NCBI GenBank assembly: GCA_037310415.1
Contig: CP147780.1
Coordinates: 1,216,001-1,280,000 of the forward strand
Direction: 5' to 3'
Length of the DNA: 64,000 bases
Source of the DNA: Candidatus Atabeyarchaeum deiterrae
Lineage (GTDB): Archaea; Asgardarchaeota; Atabeyarchaeia; Atabeyarchaeales; Atabeyarchaeaceae
Shown piece by piece: positions 37,550 to 47,111 of the stretch. The notes under the pieces were generated by a model. It was not told where the DNA came from, did no database searches, and was given only the letters and a program-made list of their open reading frames with translations. The first letter of the stretch is position 1. Every line of letters starts with the position of its first letter. The position numbers were made by a program, and so were the translations under genes.

Positions 37550-37747
37550 ATGGCAGAGGATCCAGTTTGTGGAATGGATATAGACGAAACAACAGCCAAT
37601 TACAAATCTGAGCATATGGATCAAACATACTATTTCTGTAGCCCAATGTGCAAAGCAGCGTTTGACAAAAAGCCAATGAAATACACAGGCTCAGGTGGAA
37701 ACTCAGAACATTCGGGCCACTCAAATCACGGTTGTGGCTGTTGTTAA
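37550..37747 (+). CDS. YHS/TRASH metallochaperone with His/Cys-rich tail
   Basis: DPVCGM...YYFCSPMC; ends [12 protein letters not shown]; GGAGGTGA RBS. Confidence 0.9.
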   Translation: MAEDPVCGMDIDETTANYKSEHMDQTYYFCSPMCKAAFDKKPMKYTGSGGNSEHSGHSNHGCGCC

Positions 37748-37761
37748 ATCCTGGAACAAAG

Positions 37762-37814
37762 GCCGTACACAAAAGACCAGACCGGATGTTCAAACTTTAA
37801 CTTTTGTGCACGGC
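37762..37814. repeat. 14-bp inverted repeat (13/14), 25-nt spacer
   Basis: GCCGTACACAAAAG ... CTTTTGTGCACGGC. Confidence 0.6.
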
Positions 37815-37956
37815 TCACGGGCATTTCGGAAGAACGGAACAATCGGAAATTCGGGATTCTGATCACGAATGGCTATACCTACAATGTTTGGCTTCACACT
37901 TGGTACATGCTTTTAAAAGCTTGATCGAGTTCTGTTAGAAGAGGAAGATTGGAGGT

Positions 37957-38394
37957 GTGAATTTGGAAGAGAGACCGGATGTTGCGATGATTCTGTCCCT
38001 TATTGGTGGAATATTGATAGTCATAAGTAGCTTCATGATGTTCATGATGATCGGGTATGGTTGGATAGGACACGGTATGATGGGTCCTTTTGGCGATATG
38101 ATGGGTTCTCTTGGGGGTATCATGGGAGGCTACATGGACATGATGGAAAGCTTTGGTATTCCTTTTGGCTTCATGGTTGGTTGCTCGCTCATAGGAATTG
38201 TATCGGGAATACTCATAATTGTAGGAGCATCGATGCTTAATGCTCGTCCCCAAGACCATTATGCATGGGGTATCGTGATTTTGGCCTTCTCTGTGATCAG
38301 TTTTCTAGGCATGGCAGGTTTCTTCGTGGGAGCGATATTGGGGATCATAGGTGGAGCACTTGCGATGAGCTGGAGACCGGAAGCCAAGGAGTGA
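37957..38394 (+). CDS. Met/Gly-rich membrane protein (DUF6114-like)
   Basis: ILSLIGGILI, GHGMMGPFGDMMG loop, WGIVILAFSVISF...GF.VGAILGIIGGAL. Confidence 0.75.
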   Translation: MNLEERPDVAMILSLIGGILIVISSFMMFMMIGYGWIGHGMMGPFGDMMGSLGGIMGGYMDMMESFGIPFGFMVGCSLIGIVSGILIIVGASMLNARPQDHYAWGIVILAFSVISFLGMAGFFVGAILGIIGGALAMSWRPEAKE

Positions 38395-38885
38395 AAAAGT
38401 CATCTCCCGAACCGAATGACTTTGCTGGGGCTTTTCAAGCAGCAAGGTTAACAACAGTGCCTACTCAGTGCAAAGATTCGCTATCCAGCTGTCTGCATTA
38501 TATTAGGGCAAAGAACGCCAGAATCTTCTGTCTATGGTTCTACCTTACCCGTTTTCTAGTGCCCTAGGCTCCTAGCAGACTTTCTGGTTCTTCCGCAGGG
38601 TTTAGAGTTCTATTCCAGAAGCGCTCAACAACAATATGGCGAAGCGTGTTCTCTCCAAAACTTCTACAGTGAGCCCGTGCTTCTCACGAACCTGGAGAAC
38701 GAACTAATAGCAGTTGAGGGGGGAATAGGTAATCTCACTAATCCATTCAGGTTTTCGTGAGCATGGGCATCCAGACGATTTCACCGTTAGCTGCTCTCGG
38801 TCTTCTGGCTCATGAGTATCCTGAGTAGATGTGGGTGATATTCTTCTCTCAGAATTACCTTTCCGTCATTGTCTATCTATCCTTC

Positions 38886-39056
38886 TCAGTGACAACCTCC
38901 CTCTTGTTCGTCTTCTTTGTGATGTCCCATATGCATTAGCCTCATGTCTAAGACTAATCCCAGTCCAAATCCTGCGATTGGTCCTATTAATGTCCATGGG
39001 CCGCCCAGCAATGCGCCTAGATAGAGTCCGACAAATAGTCCCAAACAACAAATCAT
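38886..39056 (-). CDS. 56-aa membrane protein with Cys/His/Met termini (not in ORF track)
   Basis: Manual translation MICCLGLFVGLYLGALLGGPWTLIGPIAGFGLGLVLDMRLMHMGHHKEDEQEGGCH*; GGAAGG RBS; operator-like boxes upstream. Confidence 0.75.
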   Translation of the reverse strand: MICCLGLFVGLYLGALLGGPWTLIGPIAGFGLGLVLDMRLMHMGHHKEDEQEGGCH

Positions 39057-39103
39057 TTTGTGCTACCTTCCTTTCTGACTTGTTTCAATTATAATTCGAG
39101 CCG

Positions 39104-39186
39104 AGATATGTCTAATGCGGATATATCTGCACGAGCGTGTTGGTTGCGATAACTAATATATAAATATATCTGTCTGTGATATATCC
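39104..39186. promoter_or_regulatory. Two pairs of GATATATC-like boxes in a divergent promoter
   Basis: AGATATGTCT 39104, GGATATATCT 39119, AAATATATCT 39162 and TGATATATCC 39177. Confidence 0.65.
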
Positions 39187-39192
39187 AATGGA

Positions 39193-39843
39193 GTGATAAT
39201 TCTGAGGCAAATAATCGACGAAGAATGGGAGCAGAAGAAAGGAACAGACAAGATGAGATACGATATGGTCGCCAAGTTCTACGATCAATTCGAATCGCCG
39301 ATGGAGTTTTTCACCTTCGCGAATTGGAGAGATCATCTGTTCGATAAGATGAATCCCAAGAACGGTGACCTTGTTTTGGAGATTGGGGTAGGAACCGGTA
39401 GGAACATACCGCATTATAGAAGGGGTAGATATGTAGCTTTTGACATTAGTGCGAAAATGATTTCGCGCGCGAAAACGAGGAAAGACAGTAAAGATGTATC
39501 TCTTCTCATCGCCGATGCTGAATCCCCACCGTTCAGAAACAACATGTTCGACGAACTTTTCTCCACTTTCGTATTCTGTTCGGTTGAGAATCCATTGAGA
39601 GGATTAAAGGAAGTCCGTAGAACGCTGAACCCCACTGGGAAGGCGCTATTCCTTGAACACATGCTACCAAACAGCAAAATCCTGCGACCAATCTTTCACT
39701 TCTTGAATCCCGTAGCCAAAGTCATCGGCCCAGAAATTGATAGGAGAACCGACGAGAACATTAAAGAAGCTGGGTTTGAGATAGCTATGCAAGAGAATCT
39801 ACTCCTCACAGTCTTTAGGCTCATTGAATCGAGGAAACCATGA
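39193..39843 (+). CDS. Class I SAM methyltransferase (PmtA/UbiE-like)
   Basis: LEIGVGTG.N, FVFCSV.NP and FLEH motifs. Confidence 0.87.
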   Translation: MIILRQIIDEEWEQKKGTDKMRYDMVAKFYDQFESPMEFFTFANWRDHLFDKMNPKNGDLVLEIGVGTGRNIPHYRRGRYVAFDISAKMISRAKTRKDSKDVSLLIADAESPPFRNNMFDELFSTFVFCSVENPLRGLKEVRRTLNPTGKALFLEHMLPNSKILRPIFHFLNPVAKVIGPEIDRRTDENIKEAGFEIAMQENLLLTVFRLIESRKP

Positions 39844-39890
39844 ATCAGCGATGAGTTTATTCCTCAAAAGTCTGGTTATGCCTAACCTAT

Positions 39891-42176
39891 GTGTGCTCTG
39901 GCAGAAAACTCCTTCCGATGGTCTTGGAAATGGAAAGCGGGTACGAGACAATTGAACTTGATGTCCGCAATTACATATCTCCAGAATGTTCCTGCAAGAT
40001 AGAAGATATAGTAAACGCTGTTGAACATGTCGTGGACGCTAGCTTTGATCCTGTCAACAACTTGCTCAAAGTCCGAGTTCACAGAGGCATGATTTCTGCC
40101 AAAGATATAACAAGAGAATTAGGGCGATGCAGGGTTAGTTGCGAAGAACGTAAATCTGTTCATGAAATGGCACACATGGAACATGAAGCCATGAAGATGA
40201 AGAAGCCTGCCGCGCATGATCACCACGCCATGATGGAGGCTGAAATGAAAAGGCATTTCATCGTGGCGGCGATTTTCACGATTCCGGTTCTGATCCTCTC
40301 ACCGTCGATTCAGATGTGGCTTCGCTATACCCTGCCTCCATTTTCTTACTGGAGTCTTCTTCTTGTTCTCTGCGCTTCTGTTGTGATCTTGTATGGAGGC
40401 TTTGTCTTCTACAGGGACTCGATTAGAGCTCTTAGGATGCGCAGTCTTGACATGAATGTTCTAGTGAGCATTGCACTTTTGTCGGCATACTTGTACAGTT
40501 TGGGGTCAACTTTCCTATTCGTTGCCCCTGATTTCTACTGGGAGATAAGCACGCTAGCAACTTTCATTCTATTTGGTCATTGGATGGAAATGAAGGCCGT
40601 GAGAAGCGCTTCGGGAGCCTTAAAAGAACTTGTGAAATTGATTCCACCAATGACCAATGTGATGCGAGATGGTGAGATCTTTTCAGTACCTACCTTCAAG
40701 GTCAAGGTGGGCGACATCGTTCTCATTAGGCCTGGAGGGAATATTCCAGTGGACGGCCAAGTGATAGAAGGAGAGACCTCGGTGAACGAGGCTATGGTGA
40801 CCGGTGAGTCAAAGCCAGTTGAGAAGCGGAAAGGAAGCGAAGTTGTTGGGGGTACAATAAATGTTGAAGGCGCTATCCAGGTTCGGGTCACGAAGACAGG
40901 AGAACAGACAGCTATAGCCCAAATTATCAGACTTGTGGAGCAAGCCATTACATCCAAGCCCAAAGTCCAGAAACGTGCAGACCGGGCAGCTAGCTATCTC
41001 ACCCTAACGGCAATCATTGTAGGCGCTGGAACATTCTTCTTCTGGTTTTGGGTCAGAGCGGATAGCCTTTTTGCCCTAACACTGGCAATAACCGTAATAG
41101 TCATTACCTGTCCGCATGCTCTGGGTTTAGCCATCCCCACGGTTACGTCAGTATCCACAACAATTGCTGCTAAGAAGGGAATCCTCATCAAGAATGCCGA
41201 TGCCCTAGAAATCGCAAAAACAGTTGATATCATAGTTTTCGACAAAACAGGAACTTTGACGAAGGGTGAATTCGGCGTTACAGACATCGTTAAGCTGGGA
41301 GACTGGAGCGAAAAAGAAATCATTGAAACTGCTGCCGCCATAGAGATAAATTCAGAGCACGTTATAGCAAGAGGAATAGTGAATAAGGCAAAGGAAGCGG
41401 GCTTACACAGAATGAGAGCTGAGAGTTTTACAGCTATCCCCGGAAAAGGCGCCAAAGCCATCATTAACAAGGACGAGGTATACGTCGGCAACATGAGTCT
41501 GCTGAAGGATCTGAAGCTAGCTGCCGAAAAGTATAGCGACATAATTACGAAGCTTTCATTTCAGGGCAAGACAGTCGTGTATGTGGCCACCCACAGGAAA
41601 CTTCAAGGCCTAATAGCAATGGCAGACCTGATAAGAGACGAATCGAAAGAAGCAGTCAACACTCTCAAACAACTTGGTTTGGAAGTAGCCATGCTCACCG
41701 GGGACAATAAACAGACGGCTGCGTACGTCGCCAAAGAGTTGAATCTAGACACTTACTTCGCTGAAGTCCTACCCGAACAAAAAGCGAACACAATAAAGAG
41801 ATTGCAGAGTCGAGGGAAGAGAGTGGCTATGGTTGGTGATGGCATAAATGACGCGCCTGCATTGGTCCAAGCGAATGTTGGAATAGCGATCGGGGCAGGT
41901 ACGGACGTTGCAGTGGAATCAGCAGATGTTGTCCTAATCAAGAATGACCCTAGGGATGTCTCCAAGCTGATTAACCTCAGCAAGAAAACAATGCGCAAGA
42001 TGAACGAAAACCTGGTGGGGGCTACCGGCTACAACGTTCTAGCAATTCCAATTGCTGCTGGCATACTCATACCGTTTGGACTAGTCTTGAGACCGGAGTT
42101 TGCCGCTATAACCATGTCCCTAAGCTCAATAACTGTGGTTCTCAATGCTCTTCTTCTGAGAAGAGCGAAGATCTAG
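39891..42176 (+). CDS. copB: P1B-3 copper ATPase (CPH type) with HMA-like and His/Met-rich N-terminus
   Basis: TCPHALGLA, GHW.EM, DKTGT, GYN and MSLSS motifs. Confidence 0.88.
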   Translation: MCSGRKLLPMVLEMESGYETIELDVRNYISPECSCKIEDIVNAVEHVVDASFDPVNNLLKVRVHRGMISAKDITRELGRCRVSCEERKSVHEMAHMEHEAMKMKKPAAHDHHAMMEAEMKRHFIVAAIFTIPVLILSPSIQMWLRYTLPPFSYWSLLLVLCASVVILYGGFVFYRDSIRALRMRSLDMNVLVSIALLSAYLYSLGSTFLFVAPDFYWEISTLATFILFGHWMEMKAVRSASGALKELVKLIPPMTNVMRDGEIFSVPTFKVKVGDIVLIRPGGNIPVDGQVIEGETSVNEAMVTGESKPVEKRKGSEVVGGTINVEGAIQVRVTKTGEQTAIAQIIRLVEQAITSKPKVQKRADRAASYLTLTAIIVGAGTFFFWFWVRADSLFALTLAITVIVITCPHALGLAIPTVTSVSTTIAAKKGILIKNADALEIAKTVDIIVFDKTGTLTKGEFGVTDIVKLGDWSEKEIIETAAAIEINSEHVIARGIVNKAKEAGLHRMRAESFTAIPGKGAKAIINKDEVYVGNMSLLKDLKLAAEKYSDIITKLSFQGKTVVYVATHRKLQGLIAMADLIRDESKEAVNTLKQLGLEVAMLTGDNKQTAAYVAKELNLDTYFAEVLPEQKANTIKRLQSRGKRVAMVGDGINDAPALVQANVGIAIGAGTDVAVESADVVLIKNDPRDVSKLINLSKKTMRKMNENLVGATGYNVLAIPIAAGILIPFGLVLRPEFAAITMSLSSITVVLNALLLRRAKI

Positions 42177-42377
42177 GATCTTACATTTAAACTTGGTTGC
42201 TCGGGTCTAGCTGCCGCTGATGAGGCGATTCTGAAAGCAAGGACAAAGGACGTAGTTCCAGACACCCTTAGACTCCACGGATACGATCTGCTGGCTGTGA
42301 TTGTGGGACATCATCAATCCGTCGCTACACCTGAGTCTCGGTTCTCCAGTCGTTTTCCCATAGTTCCTCAACTATTT

Positions 42378-44897
42378 CTACTTTAGGTATGATGGTTGTA
42401 TGTTTGTTCTTCTCAATAGATTAGCATTGGAGACTACAGATATGGAGCTTAAGGCCATGCTTAACTCTGCCAAAACTGGATGCAAAAGACCAAGAATCGC
42501 AAGTGGAATCATTACAGTGTTATAGATCATCGCCCAGAAGAGGTTCTGCTTTATTTTCCTAAATGTGGCTTTTGAAAGTTTTATAGCACTCACGAGGCCA
42601 GAGATGTCTCCTCTAACTAGGATTATGTCTCCAGCTTCTATTGCGATGTCTGTTCCTGTGCCAATAGCGATTCCCACATTAGCCTCGGTGAGTGCCGGTG
42701 CATCGTTTATTCCGTCGCCAACCATCGCAACCATACCATACTTCTTCTGCACTTTCTTAACTACATCAACTTTCTGGTCCGGCATTACCTCTGCATGAAC
42801 CTCGCTGATGCCGACTTGTTTAGCAATGGCTTCGGCTGTTTTGCGGTTGTCTCCCGTGAGCATTATTGTCTTCAAACCAATTCTGCCGAGCTCTCGCACC
42901 GCATCAGCAGTGTCATCTTTAAGAGTGTCGGCAATCCCAATTATCCCAATGATCTTCTTCTTTACTGCTACGACTACTGTTGTCTTCGCTTCTCCCTGCA
43001 ACTTCTTGAATCTCTTCTGAACATTCGGGGTATCCGTGTCTGCTTCAAGCATCTCAGGTTTGCCGACCAGAACTTCAGCACCGTTCACTGAACCTTCTAC
43101 CCCCATTCCCTTCACTGCTTTGAAAGATTTGGGCTCGTCTAGCCGTATGCCTTTCTCTCGCGCCTTGTTGACAACAGCTTGAGCTAGAGGGTGTTCGGAT
43201 CCTTGCTCGAGACTTGCTGCGTAGTACAGCACTCTCTCTTCGCCGTCTGGGTTGTTGCCAAAAGCTACAATATCTGTGACTTCCGGTTTGCCCTTGGTCA
43301 AGGTTCCCGTTTTGTCTAGTATCACTGCTTTTACTTCCTTAGCTGTTTGAATAGCTTCCCCTTTCCGTATCAAGATTCCACGTTCTGCGCCCATGCCAGT
43401 GCCCACCATGAGCGCAGTAGGAGTTGCTAGACCCAACGCGCAGGGACAAGCAATAACAAGGGTCGCAACGGTGGCAGAAATTGCGAGCATAAGAATCCCT
43501 TGGCCTAAATTAACCCAAGGCAAGTAAGGAGCAGCTGCCTTAGCTACGATCTCAATAGCTTGGGTGACGACAATCCACGAGATGAACGTAGACAAAGCGA
43601 CTAACAAAATCACAGGGACGAAGTATCTAGTGACCTTGTCAGCGAAGGCTTGAATAGGAACTTTCGTTCCTTGAGCTTCCTCAACCATCTTTATGACTTG
43701 CGAAAGGAAAGTATCTTCGCCAATCTTCGTAGCTCTTACTTTCAACAGCCCTTCTTGGTTGACTGTTGCACCAATGACCTCATCGCCAGTTTTCTTGAGA
43801 ACTGGCATTGATTCTCCTGTTGCCATTGATTCATCAATGGAGCTCTCCCCTTCAACGACTACACCATCCGTCGGTATCTTCTCACCGGGGCGAACAACCA
43901 TTATATCGCCAATCTTCACATCCTGTATGCGAACCTTCTTCTCTCTACGCTTAACGAGGATCCTAGCAGATTTGGCCTCCAGAGTCATTAACCGTTTAAT
44001 AGCTTGGGAACTCCTTCCCCTAGCCTTCGCCTCAACATACCTACCCGTCAGATGGAAGGACATGATCATGCCACCGACGCCAGCATAGTTTAGGATCGAT
44101 GTGAAGAAGACAGGGGGTCCAGTAAGGAACGATATGATAGTTCCCATCATGATGAGAACATCCATGTTAGCGTCCTTATGGATAATCGACTTCACAGCAG
44201 ATCTCTGCGTTGTGAACCCCGCCCCAAAAACCACTGGTGCAGCCAGCAGTATAATGCCAAAATTATATATCGTGAAATCAGGCCACATCAAACCCAGAAA
44301 CATGTCTGGAATCATCCAGGCAATAATAGGTATCGTGAACAACCAAGCAACAAACATTCTTCTGCGGGCACGCTTCATCTCCTCAACAGACCTATCAACT
44401 TCCTCCTCCGATTCAACCCCATAGCCCGCGTTTTTGATAGCCTTCCGAAGATCAAATAGTGAGACTTCATTTGGATAGTATTCCACAACCGCCTTTTCAT
44501 TCGCGATACTGACGTTGGCCGACTTTACACCTTTGACTCTCTTTAGAGCCCTCTCTACTGTTGCCGAACAAGAGGTGCAAGTCATGCCAGTTACCTTAAT
44601 GATGATCTTTCGAGTTTCCTTTTTCTCTCCTTCCTTAGGGATTCCTATTGGCTCGTAACCAGCATCCCTTATTGCTTTGCCGATTTTTTCAAGGCTCACC
44701 TTGGTAGGATCATATTCTACGATTGCTTTCTCGGTAGTAAGACTTACGTTGGCTACCGCTATTCCTTTCTCGCGTTTTAGACGACTTTCGATCGTCTGTG
44801 CGCAGGAAGCGCAGTGCATTCCGCCAATTCTGACGCTCGTTTTCTCTTTCGTTTTATCATCTTGTTTGGTCATATGGGGAGCCTCTACTGTCACCAT
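42378..44897 (-). CDS. copA: P1B-1 Cu(I) ATPase with two HMA domains
   Basis: GMHCASC, GMTCTSC, CPC, DKTGT, YN and MALSS motifs. Confidence 0.93.
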   Translation of the reverse strand: MVTVEAPHMTKQDDKTKEKTSVRIGGMHCASCAQTIESRLKREKGIAVANVSLTTEKAIVEYDPTKVSLEKIGKAIRDAGYEPIGIPKEGEKKETRKIIIKVTGMTCTSCSATVERALKRVKGVKSANVSIANEKAVVEYYPNEVSLFDLRKAIKNAGYGVESEEEVDRSVEEMKRARRRMFVAWLFTIPIIAWMIPDMFLGLMWPDFTIYNFGIILLAAPVVFGAGFTTQRSAVKSIIHKDANMDVLIMMGTIISFLTGPPVFFTSILNYAGVGGMIMSFHLTGRYVEAKARGRSSQAIKRLMTLEAKSARILVKRREKKVRIQDVKIGDIMVVRPGEKIPTDGVVVEGESSIDESMATGESMPVLKKTGDEVIGATVNQEGLLKVRATKIGEDTFLSQVIKMVEEAQGTKVPIQAFADKVTRYFVPVILLVALSTFISWIVVTQAIEIVAKAAAPYLPWVNLGQGILMLAISATVATLVIACPCALGLATPTALMVGTGMGAERGILIRKGEAIQTAKEVKAVILDKTGTLTKGKPEVTDIVAFGNNPDGEERVLYYAASLEQGSEHPLAQAVVNKAREKGIRLDEPKSFKAVKGMGVEGSVNGAEVLVGKPEMLEADTDTPNVQKRFKKLQGEAKTTVVVAVKKKIIGIIGIADTLKDDTADAVRELGRIGLKTIMLTGDNRKTAEAIAKQVGISEVHAEVMPDQKVDVVKKVQKKYGMVAMVGDGINDAPALTEANVGIAIGTGTDIAIEAGDIILVRGDISGLVSAIKLSKATFRKIKQNLFWAMIYNTVMIPLAILGLLHPVLAELSMALSSISVVSNANLLRRTNIQPSYLK

Positions 44898-45120
44898 ATC
44901 TTCAGTGCATCAGGAATCTTCAGAATTCACTTCCACTAATTAAGCTTCATGTCTGTCATAACAATTGTTGTAAGTGGAGGTTGTTACTAACTTGTTCATA
45001 TCGTTCTTGCTTTTGGAAGTTTCATTTCTCTCTCCGTATGCGTTGAGAACTCGTTAGAGTTATCTATGAGGATAACTAGACTACTCGATTGTCTACGATT
45101 CGCATCAGAAGGTTGGAACA

Positions 45121-47085
45121 ATGACAACTGTAGGGGAGAATCAGTTTTCGCATGAAGCATGGTGTGTCTGCAAGCTCAAACATGACATCCGGGTGGAGAG
45201 CAAGATTGAGCTTGCAAAAAGAGAGGTTGAAACATCTCTAGAAACGAGTGTCCAGACTCTTACCACCTTGCCAACCCTGTTCAAGAGCGATCCGTTCTCA
45301 AAGCTTGATGACAAGGTCATTGATCGAATGACAAGACTACTCTACTTGGGGAAAGCGCATGGCTTTGTGACTCGAGTGCGAGATCTGACTTTACTAGCCA
45401 GACTTGCAAGAATGGCTACCTATCTGAGAGAGATTTACGGCATCATCAACACATCCAAGAGCAATCTCACCAAGATAGTAAGAACGCTGAGTCCTCGCAG
45501 TGTGAAGCCGGAAAATGCACTCGAAGTGGATCGCTTCCTTACTCTTTCGCCAACCATCCAGATGTACAATCAGCCACCTGAACGCGGTTCATTCTTGACA
45601 ACAATATTCTTCACCCCTCTGCAAACATTGCTAGAGTACGCTTCAGAGGTTACAAAACTACCCTACGTGACCTTTACCAAACAATTCACCAACATCAGCG
45701 AAAAGCTAGACAAGATGGAAGAAGGTGTGGAAAGAGGTATACAGAACCTCCTCCATCATCTGATGTCTAACTCTAAGAGAATGCCTTGGCTTGGTCTGTT
45801 CAAAGAACACATTGGAGACTATATTGACTGGGCTTTCTCAGATTTCAGAACATGGGGACTACATTTCATCCACAAACATGAGGGAAAAGCTGACCCTTGG
45901 CTAGCGAGATCAGCCTTGAACCTCCTTCAAGTTAGAGAGGGAGCCAACGTCCTTGACCCATTCTGCGGTTCAGGGTCGTTCATAGCAGATGCACCACTTC
46001 TGAACATTAATGCAATTGGCGTAGACGTTAACCCCCTATCAGCTATGATCGCTAGAACAAAATGCAACCTCTCCAACATTCCCCTTCATCAGCTTAAAGA
46101 GTCTCTACTGAAGGCTCTGAAAAAGTCGTCCGAAGCTAACAACACAAGCGGTAGAATCGAATCCCTCGAACTTGATGATGATAGTGTAAAGAAGTTTCCA
46201 TGTGTCAGAGACGTGATTCCTGAGTTCTTATCGATCAAAGACGCGATTGACGACGTATCCGGAGAGGGACTAGTCAGAGACTTTCTGTATTCGATGCTCA
46301 GTCGATCGATAGTCGAGGCCAGCGCCAAGCAGGAGAAGAGATCAATAATAAGGAAAAACTTCGAGAAGGACGCCATTGCCTTCTACCTGTACGCATACGC
46401 TTCGCAGGAAATCCTGCGCACATTGAACATTAACGTTGAAGGCAAAATCACAATATTCACCGCGAATGCTCTCGACATTAAGTCGCTATTGGATAGTGAG
46501 ATTGATGGGATAGTCACTTCGCCACCTTACTTCGATGCACTAGACTATGTGGGCTTCTCCAAATTGCCGATTGCGATTCTTGGATTGAAAGGCAATAACG
46601 AGCGTCTTGAAACTGAGACAATAGGATCCAAAGATAGAATGGCAAGTGATGTTGACCCGAAGTCGTTGGGCAACCAGTTGCCTGAATCGAGCAGATCACT
46701 CGTGGCAGAGCTCGCCAGATCTGGAAGAAGGAAGAAAGCGAGAGTTGTGCTTCAATATCTAACTGACATGGAAAAATCGCTCCAAGTATTCTCGGAAGTA
46801 TTGAGAGAGAAGTCTAGGATTATATTCGTAGTTGGCAAATACCATCAATGGAAGATTGGCAACAGTATCATGCAGATGGATGGCGCGCAAGTACTGATAG
46901 ACATCGGAGAACACATCGGGCTCGTTCTCGAAGAAGAGTTACCCCATGATATTTCCAAGATAGAAGCGGGTAAGAGAATAAAGGAAGAATCGATAATCAT
47001 ATGGAGAAAAGATGACAAAGCAAAAAGCAAGCGGGACCCCGCTAGATCAAAGAGCATTCTCAAGAGCATTAGTGAAAGAAGCTGA
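45121..47085 (+). CDS. DNA methyltransferase, probably N4-cytosine (alpha-type order), long N-terminal extension
   Basis: Motif I VLDPFCGSG precedes motif IV VTSPPY. Confidence 0.75.
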   Translation: MTTVGENQFSHEAWCVCKLKHDIRVESKIELAKREVETSLETSVQTLTTLPTLFKSDPFSKLDDKVIDRMTRLLYLGKAHGFVTRVRDLTLLARLARMATYLREIYGIINTSKSNLTKIVRTLSPRSVKPENALEVDRFLTLSPTIQMYNQPPERGSFLTTIFFTPLQTLLEYASEVTKLPYVTFTKQFTNISEKLDKMEEGVERGIQNLLHHLMSNSKRMPWLGLFKEHIGDYIDWAFSDFRTWGLHFIHKHEGKADPWLARSALNLLQVREGANVLDPFCGSGSFIADAPLLNINAIGVDVNPLSAMIARTKCNLSNIPLHQLKESLLKALKKSSEANNTSGRIESLELDDDSVKKFPCVRDVIPEFLSIKDAIDDVSGEGLVRDFLYSMLSRSIVEASAKQEKRSIIRKNFEKDAIAFYLYAYASQEILRTLNINVEGKITIFTANALDIKSLLDSEIDGIVTSPPYFDALDYVGFSKLPIAILGLKGNNERLETETIGSKDRMASDVDPKSLGNQLPESSRSLVAELARSGRRKKARVVLQYLTDMEKSLQVFSEVLREKSRIIFVVGKYHQWKIGNSIMQMDGAQVLIDIGEHIGLVLEEELPHDISKIEAGKRIKEESIIIWRKDDKAKSKRDPARSKSILKSISERS

Positions 47086-47111
47086 GTGACCATTACCTGA
47101 ATATATCTCTA

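Noticed and set aside
38395-38880. Decayed gene in the ~490-bp gap within the copper island
   Set aside because: The minus-strand frames I translated are stop-ridden, and neither they nor the overlapping track ORFs resemble a family I recognise.
42010-42035. copB NLVGATGYN instead of the usual NL.WA.GYN as an inactivating lesion
   Set aside because: It is a single substitution with all catalytic and metal-ligand motifs intact; no basis for a pseudogene call.
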